Origin: Eledone cirrhosa
Taxonomy: Eukaryota
Reading direction: 5' to 3'
Length of the DNA: 64,000 nt
Assembly (NCBI GenBank): GCA_964016885.1
Contig: OZ024741.1
Location: 296,794,001 to 296,858,000 of the forward strand
Position numbers and translations under genes: made by a program. Positions 41,901 through 50,900 of this stretch are shown one piece after another (position 1 is the first letter of the stretch; each line of letters begins with the position of its first letter). Under the pieces are notes generated by a model. It did no database searches. It had not been told where the DNA came from and worked only from the letters and a program-made list of their open reading frames with translations.

Positions 41901-44900
41901 GTCCTAGATACACTATGACTGAAGGAGACATTGCGTAATCTACTCCTAGATACACTATGACTGAAGGACACATTGGGTAATGTAGTCCTAGATACACTAT
42001 GACTGAAGGACACATTGGGTAATGTAGTCCTAGATACACTATGACTGAAGGACACATTGGGTAATGTAGTCCTAGATACACTATGACTGAAGGACACATT
42101 GGGTAATGTAGTCCTAGATACACTATGACTGAAGGAGACATTGGGTAATCTACTCCTAGATACACTATGACTGAAGGACACATTGGGTAATGTAGTCCTA
42201 GATACACTATGACTGAAGGACACATTGGGTAATGTAGTCCTAGATACACTATGACTAAAGGATACATTGGGTAATGTAGTCCTAGATACACTATGACTGA
42301 AGGAGACATTGGGTAATGTAGTCCTAGATACACTATGACTGAAGGAGACATTGGGTAATCTACTCCTAGATACACTATGACTGAAGGACACATTGGGTAA
42401 TGTAGTCCTAGATACACTATGACTGAAGGACACATTGGGTAATGTAGTCCTAGATACACTATGACTGAAGGAGACATTGGGTAATCTACTCCTAGATACA
42501 CTATGACTGAAGGACACATTGGGTAATGTAGTCCTAGATACACTATGACTGAAGGAGACATTGGGTAATCTACTCCTAGATACACTATGACTGAAGGACA
42601 CATTGGGTAATGTAGTCCTAGATACACTATGACTGAAGGAGACATTGGGTAATGTAGTCCTAGATACACTATGACTGAAGGACACATTGGGTAATGTAGT
42701 CCTAGATACACTATGACTGAAGGACACATTGGGTAATGTAGTCCTAGATACACTATGACTGAAGGACACATTGGGTAATGTAGTCCTAGATACACTATGA
42801 CTGAAGGAGACATTGGGTAATCTACTCCTAGATACACTATGACTGAAGGACACATTGGGTAATGTAGTCCTAGATACACTATGACTGAAGGACACATTGG
42901 GTAATGTAGTCCTAGATACACTATGACTGAAGGATACATTGGGTAATGTAGTCCTAGATACACTATGACTGAAGGAGACATTGGGTAATGTAGTCCTAGA
43001 TACACTATGACTGAAGGACACATTGGGTAATGTAGTCCTAGATACACTATGACTGAAGGAGACATTGGGTAATCTACTCCTAGATACACTATGACTGAAG
43101 GACACATTGGGTAATGTAGTCCTAGATACACTATGACTGAAGGACACATTGGGTAATGTAGTCCTAGATACACTATGACTGAAGGACACATTGGGTAATG
43201 TAGTCCTAGATACACTATGACTGAAGGATACATTGGGTAATGTAGTCCTAGATACACTATGACTGAAGGAGACATTGGGTAATGTAGTCCTAGATACACT
43301 ATGACTGAAGGACACATTGGGTAATGTAGTCCTAGATACACTATGACTGAAGGACACATTGGGTAATGTAGTCCTAGATACACTATGACTGAAGGAGACA
43401 TTGGGTAATCTACTCCTAGATACACTATGACTGAAGGACACATTGGGTAATGTAGTCCTAGATACACTATGACTGAAGGACACATTGGGTAATGTAGTCC
43501 TAGATACACTATGACTGAAGGACACATTGGGTAATGTAGTCCTAGATACACTATGACTGAAGGACACATTGGGTAATGTAGTCCTAGATACACTATGACT
43601 GAAGGAGACATTGGGTAATCTACTCCTAGATACACTATTACTGAAGGACACATTGGGTAATGTAGTCCTAGATACACTATGACTGAAGGACACATTGGGT
43701 AATGTAGTCCTAGATACAGTATGACTGAAGGACACATTGGGTAATGTAGTCCTAGATACACTATGACTGAAGGACACATTGGGTAATGTAGTCCTAGATA
43801 CACTATGACTGAAGGACACATTGGGTAATGTAGTCCTAGATACACTATGACTGAAGGACACATTGGGTAATGTACTCCTAGATACACTATGACTGAAGGA
43901 CATATTGAGTAATGTAGTCCTAGATACACTATGACTGAAGGACACATTGTGTAATGTAGTCCCAGATACACTATGTCTGAAGGATACATTGGGTAATGTA
44001 GTCCTAGATACACTATGACTGAAGGAGACATTGGGTAATGTAGTCCTAGATACACTATGACTGAAGGACACATTGGGTAATGTAGTCCTAGATACACTAT
44101 GACTGAAGGAGACATTGGGTAATGTACTCCTAGATACACTATGACTGAAGGACACATTGGGTAATGTAGTCCTAGATACACTATGACTGAAGGAGACATT
44201 GGGTAATGTAGTCCTAGATACACTGTCTGAAGGACACATTGAGTAATGTAGTCCTAGATACAGTCTGAAGGACACATTGAGTAATGTAGTCCTAGATTTA
44301 GAACAAAGAGGCCCTGTGTTAGTTAAGTTATGAGGACCCTTACTTGAAAAACATTTGAAAAATTCATCGTAAAAAATCTTTTCAGCTGGAAGACGGGTCC
44401 CACTGGCCAATGGGGTCCTGTGCTTAAGCACACCCAAGCACAATGGTAAATCCAGCACTGATGTTGATGAAAGCAGACATAAAATTATGATGTTGATGAT
44501 TGTGGTGATGATGGTGATGATGTTGCTGTTGATGATTCTATTGCTGACGATGATAATGATGATTATACAAAAATAATTCTCATTTTTTTCTTGATTTTCA
44601 TGTTTTTTAAATTTATTTATTTATATATAATTTCAGGTTCATTTTGATGTTGAAATTGAAGTTGATAAGTGTCCAGAGAAAGTGGCTGACCGTAAACGTA
44701 GCTTTAGTATCCATCCTATTGGTGTGTCTAATAAATTGACTATTAACCTTGAAATTCAATGTGAATGTGAATGTCACAACGAAACAACTGTGGTATGTCA
44801 CATATTCCATAGCATACTTTTACCATATTCCCTAGCACACTTGTACCATATTCCATAGCATACTTTTACCATATTTCAAAACATCCTTTTACCATATTTC

Positions 44901-47900
44901 AAAACATCCTTTTACCATATTCCATAGCATACTTTTACTATATCCCATAACATCATTTTAATTTATTCCATAATAACTTTTACCTTATTCCATAGCGTCC
45001 TTTTGTTCTATCCATATTCTATAACATCCTTTTATACTGTTCCACAACATTTTTTCCTATACTGTTTATTCATTTCAGTAAAGAGGTTAGGAATACTATG
45101 CAATATTGGTGTCATACAAAATTCAGTTTTACTAGGTACTACACACATTTTAACCTTTAGCGCGCTAGTAGTTTTTATGAATTGTTTCCCTTGACACTGC
45201 ATTGTTTAAGGGGAGATTAGTCTATGGTGAATTATGTCGCCAATAGCGTGCTAAAGATTAAGGAAAATATTATCCGTCCATGTTGTGATTTGATTGATTA
45301 CATGACTAAGTAATGATAATGCACAAATCAAGATAATTCCATTTGCTACAGGAGCTTTAAGCTCAATTCCACCAAAACTGAAAGGGTATCTTGAGTAAAT
45401 AAACCTCCAAAACACAAATTGCTCTCCTACAAAGACTGCTTTGTTGGGCACTGCACATATACTGAAGAAAGCTACTGTCTGTCTATGGTCCTTGTTGAGA
45501 CTTGATGTACAGTAGATGATCTAGTAATCCTCATATTTACTGTGCAAACTATCAATAATAATAATAATTGTTTCTACTTTTGGCACAAGGCCAGCAATTA
45601 CTGGTACTTTATTTTATTGACCCCATAAGGATGAAAGGCAAAGTTAACCTCGGTGGGATTTGAACTCATGATGGAAAGGGCCGTAACTCTTTGCGTCAAA
45701 GCATGGCGTCCGACCCTCTACCGATACTGCCAATCCACCATCAATAATAATGATAATAATGGTTTCTGATTTAAGCACATGGCCAACAATTTTGGGGAGG
45801 GGAAAGTTAATTAAATCGTCCCCAGTGCATTATTGGTGCTTATTTTATTGACTCTGTAAAGATGAAAGGCAAAACTAACCTCAACGGGATTTCAACAAAA
45901 CGGCCATAACTTTGTGCTGCAAAGCATGTGTCTGACACTACCAATACTGCTAATCCTCCTCCCTAAAACAAATGTAGTAGACCAGCACCTAGAATCAATA
46001 GTAATACTAATAATCATCATCATCATTGTTTAACATCCATTTTTCCACACTTGCATGGGTTAGACAGGTTGTCACATTATGAGAGAAGTCAGGTCAGGTG
46101 ACCACATCTTGCTCATCTGGATCTGTATCTTGGCTTGGTTTCTCTGGCTGAGTGCCCTTCCTAACACCAAACACCTTACAGGAAGTACTGGGTAATTTTT
46201 ATTGTGGCACCAAAATGACCATCTGGCAGGGTGGACCGGGTACTTTTTTAACATGTCATCAGCATGACTACCTTATAGGATGGACTGTGTGCTTTTTATT
46301 GTGTCACCAGCATGACCATCTTACAAGGTGGATTGGGCGCTTTTTGTTGTGTCACCAGCATGATCACCCTACAAGGTGGACTGGACGTTTTGGTTTTGTT
46401 GTGTCACCAGCATGACCATCTTACAGCATGGACTAAGAGTTTTTTTTTACTTGTGTCACCAATACAACCACTGTACAGCGTGGACTGTGAGCCTCTTGTC
46501 ACCAACATGACCACCTTACATGGTGGACTGGGTTCTTTTGTTGTTTTGGCACCAAATCACCATACAGAGTGGACTTGATAATAATAATAATAATAATGAT
46601 AATAATAATAATAATAATGATACCAGTAATAACCGGTGTACTTAGAATGATAAAAAAGGGAACTGAAAAAAATTTGGACCAGATACCTAGAAAGCCATCT
46701 CTGCAAGAGATACAGAAAATAGTGCTGACTGGCACTGTCCATGTCCTAAGAAAGGCATTATCAATTTGAATACCTTGCAAAGTCATTTACTGTTTTTTAT
46801 GCTTTTATGGCATCATTTATATAACAATTGATTGTAAAATGTTTGTATTATCAAATTTTACCTCAAGATATGAGAAAGATGTGGAATTCAAAGTTTCAAA
46901 TAATAATGATTATAATAACAGCAACCATAATTTCTTTATTCATTTCTTTACCCAGGTAACAGATGAATGTAGTGGTAAGGGCATAAAAAAGTGCGGTGCT
47001 TGTGTTTGTGAGGAAAACTATATTGGTCGAAACTGTGAATGCAATCAAGAGAATTTCACAAATCAAGCCCTTGATAAACAATGTGAAAAGTTAGTAAAAA
47101 CATCTTTGATTTGCCTCTTTATATCATTTTATTTATTGACTTCTAATATCCTCTCATAATTTAGCAGAAAAGGTCTTAAAATTGATTTGTTAATTCAGAT
47201 GTTTATTGCATGTTCACTACTGGACAGATCTTTATGAAAATTTGCAATATTAATGTGAGGTCTTCAATTTTTAATGTGAAGCAATCAGTGTTCTTTTATA
47301 CTTTTCAAGAATTGTTTCTAATTTTGGCATAAGGCCAGCAATTAACCAGTACATTACTGGTACTTTATTTTATCGACCCCGTAAGGATGAAAGGCAAAGT
47401 TAACCTTGGCGGGATTTGAACTCAGATCGTAAAGGGATGTAACTATGCTGGAAAGCATGGCATCCGACTCTCTACCGATACTGCCTATCCATTCAAGAAT
47501 GTCTTCATAGTGTAGTTCCATGTGGTACAGGATGTTAAGAGTTTGTGTGACTTTTCAAGTATGTTTTGCTAATGTAGTTTCATGTGGTTCATGACATAGT
47601 TTTTCCATGCATTCCTTTTAAAAACTATTGGTTCAGTTTGATTCTAAACTGCCTGGACCCCACCTCTCCTATTCTAAGATATATGTTAAAATATTTGTAT
47701 TTATCTAAAACCTTCCATCATAATTTTGTATAAGAACCTTTGTTAAGTTATGTTCCAAACACCAACTTAATAATGAGAAAGTTAGTAATGTTTTGACTAA
47801 ATCTTTCCAAATTCTTTATTATTTTCACCCATTGTCTTGCTGCCAGAGTGCAGGTCGGTTCCCCTGACATGCGACTCTCAACAACATATTGAGAATGAGC

Positions 47901-50900
47901 CTGGATGCAGCTGGCTCCCCATCACAACTGGAGCCAGCAGGCCTCGGCTGCAGAGATGGCAAGTGCCCCAACAGAATTACCCTCTTCCCATTTGAAGGAG
48001 GTAGATCCCTCATCTGGGATGCCACATGTTGAGACTTAGTTGCTCAGCCACAAACCCCACTACTGTTGCCCGCAATGCAGAGGAAAGGAAGACAAACAAA
48101 TACTGGGGATTGTCCAGCTACCATCAAGACCTCAGGCATACTTGAACCTTGTACTGCCGAGCTTCTCCACAAGATCAGAATGTCAGCAGCCCATCTGAAG
48201 AAGGAGCCCTACGATATGGGCTGTTGCAGCAGGTGTCACTGGTCACTGTCCGCAGAAATGCTTTTGCGGTCTTGTCTGTGAGGCACAGCCACAACACCAC
48301 CGCGTCCTAGGCCTAGAACCCATCCCCCTCCCCCTCCCATTCTCTGTGACCCCAGAGCCCTTTCCCTTCCCTTCATTTTCCATTTTTAAATATCTGTAGT
48401 ATTTATGATTACCATCAAACTTCACCTGGATCTTTTTAAAATAATTTTAAAATCACAGGCTGTGTATTCCATTAGAAACATAGTAACAAAAGTGTTAGAA
48501 AAACTGTAAATTTGAAAATTAAAAAAAACTATAGGTTCATTTAAAAAAAACTATAGGTTCATTTTAAAAAGCTATAGGTTCATTAAAAAAATGTTATAAA
48601 CTCATTTTAAAAAACTATAGTTTTATTTGAAAATAAAAAACCCTTTAGTGGTAAATTTCAATGTGAACTTGTTTTGTTATGTTTTTGTACTTCAGCCCTG
48701 AAACTGGACGGATGTGCTCAGACCGAGGTCAGTGTGTGTGTGGTGTGTGTCAGTGTGACAGTATCAAGGCTAGCGAGAACAAATTCTTCTCTGAACAGTA
48801 TTGCCAATGTGATGATTTCTCCTGTGACATTATTGATGATGAACTTTGTGGAGGTATGTTGTTTTTTATTGTTAACCTTCCATTACACTGTCACTGGCTG
48901 TATGTAGGCTGCTGTGAGACAGATCTTTTGAATGTTGTGAGATGGGTCCTATGAATGTTACATTGTAAACTGTTGTGAGATGGGCGATTTGACAAATTAT
49001 GCTATAGGCATGTGGCCTAGGGTAAGAGTGTTGGACTTACAATCATGTTGTGGGTTCGATTTCTGACTGGGTTGTGTTTTGTGTTCTTGAGCAAAACACT
49101 TCATTTCCCTTTGCTCCAGTATACTCAGCTGAAAATGAATACCAGCAATAGCTAGGGGTTTAACCTTGTGATGGACTGGTGACATCTCTAAAGGAGAGTC
49201 CTGTACTCTCAGTCGTTTCATGCTACGAAACCAGGATAAACACCAGCCTGACAAGCCTTTTGGCTTGAGACAGACTGTAGATGATGTAGTCTGTTGTGGG
49301 AGTGGACTTTTTATATGCCTACATTGTAGGCTGTTGTGATATACTTATACAAACGCATAAATTCCTAGTTTTTGGTCTTTGTGAACAGGCTCAAGTTTGA
49401 CCAGTTGGTTCACTTCACAACCACATGGTTTTATATTCACTCCCACAACATGGCACCTTGGGCAAATGTCTGTTACTCTTGTCTCAGGTTGACCAACATC
49501 TGAGTGGAATTTGGTTGAAATTTGGAAACTGGAAAAACCTGTCATATACGTGTATGTATGTTTACATTTGTATCTGTGCCTGTGTCTTGTAACTTAGCAG
49601 TTTGACAAAAAATTGATTGATAAAATAAATACCAGACAAAATAAGTATGAGGTCGATATGACTGGCTAAATTCCTTTAAGGCAGTGCCCCAGCATGACCG
49701 CTATCATGATTGAAACCTGTAAAAGATTAAAAGACGTTATATTCAAACCTCACAACTCCTGATTTTTATTTTAGGAAAAAAACAGGGTAACTGTGACTGT
49801 GGAAAATGTAAATGTAAAGATGACTTTGAAGGTCCTAATTGCTTATGTTCTACAGATAACAGCACATGTATAAGTGAAAATGGGGTGAGTAAAATATTAT
49901 CTATTAATTTATCAAAGTTATAAAAAAATACGAAATAGTGGAAATGTGGCTTAGTGGTTATCATGTTGGGCTCATGATTCTAAGGTTGGAAGTTCAATTT
50001 TTGGATAGTGTGTTGAGTCCTTGAGCAAGACCCTTTATTTCATATTGCTCCAGTCCGTCCACTCAGCTGGAAAAAAATGAGTTGCCACAACACTAGTGCC
50101 AAGCTGTATCAGCCTTTGTCTTTACATCTGTAGTGGAGAGATGGAAGACTGTCTTGCATCAGTTACAACTGGTCTTTCACAAAGCACTTTGTCCAGGCTT
50201 GTATCTTGGAAAGTAACTTTCCAGGTGCAAATCCATGGTCAATCATAACCAAAGGGTTTTTTTGTTAGGTAGCTATAAAGAGTAAAAATGTTCTAGCTCT
50301 GATAATCATATTTACGGTTGTTGTTGCTTCCTGGTCCCAGTGGAGATAATTGTAAAAGAGATATGTTAAAAGAGCCAATCCCCCTTCTAAAAATCTAAAG
50401 TCTGTCTCAAGCGCAGAGGCTCATCAAGTCAGTGCTTATCCTCGCTTCTGTGGCATGAAGTCACTGAGAGTACAAGACTCCCTACTGGACAGGACACCAG
50501 TCCATCGTAGGGTTAAACCCCAAGATTTTGTTGGTACTCATTTTCAGCTGAGTATACTGGAGCAACATGAAATGAAGTGTTTTGCTTAAAAATACAACAC
50601 AACTTAGTCAAAGAACCTTAACATTATGATCCTAAGCCCAACACCCTTATAACTAGGCCAGCTGCCTCCACTGCAGAGCTTGTTACAGTGGCTGGTCATC
50701 ACCATGGCAATAAGTAAAGAGGTAGTTCAAGAAGCCAAATATTTTCACCATTGTGGCTTCAACAATAAACTCGTTGGAGAGCAATGACTACTTTGGTATT
50801 ATTGTAAAATTTGGGGAGATTAAAATGTTATTGTTGTTGTTACTGCTACTGCTGTTGTTGTTGCTGCTGCTGTTGTTGCTGCTGTTTTTGTTGCTGCTGC

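Noticed and set aside
34430-44297. CRISPR-like array
   Set aside because: No unique spacers and no cas genes; eukaryotic tandem satellite
34409-44458. Very long minus-strand ORFs (up to 1429 aa) of [14 protein letters not shown] / [14 protein letters not shown] repeats
   Set aside because: Artefact of a 42-bp unit (a multiple of 3) with no stop in two frames; 40-bp variants switch frames freely; the array is intronic
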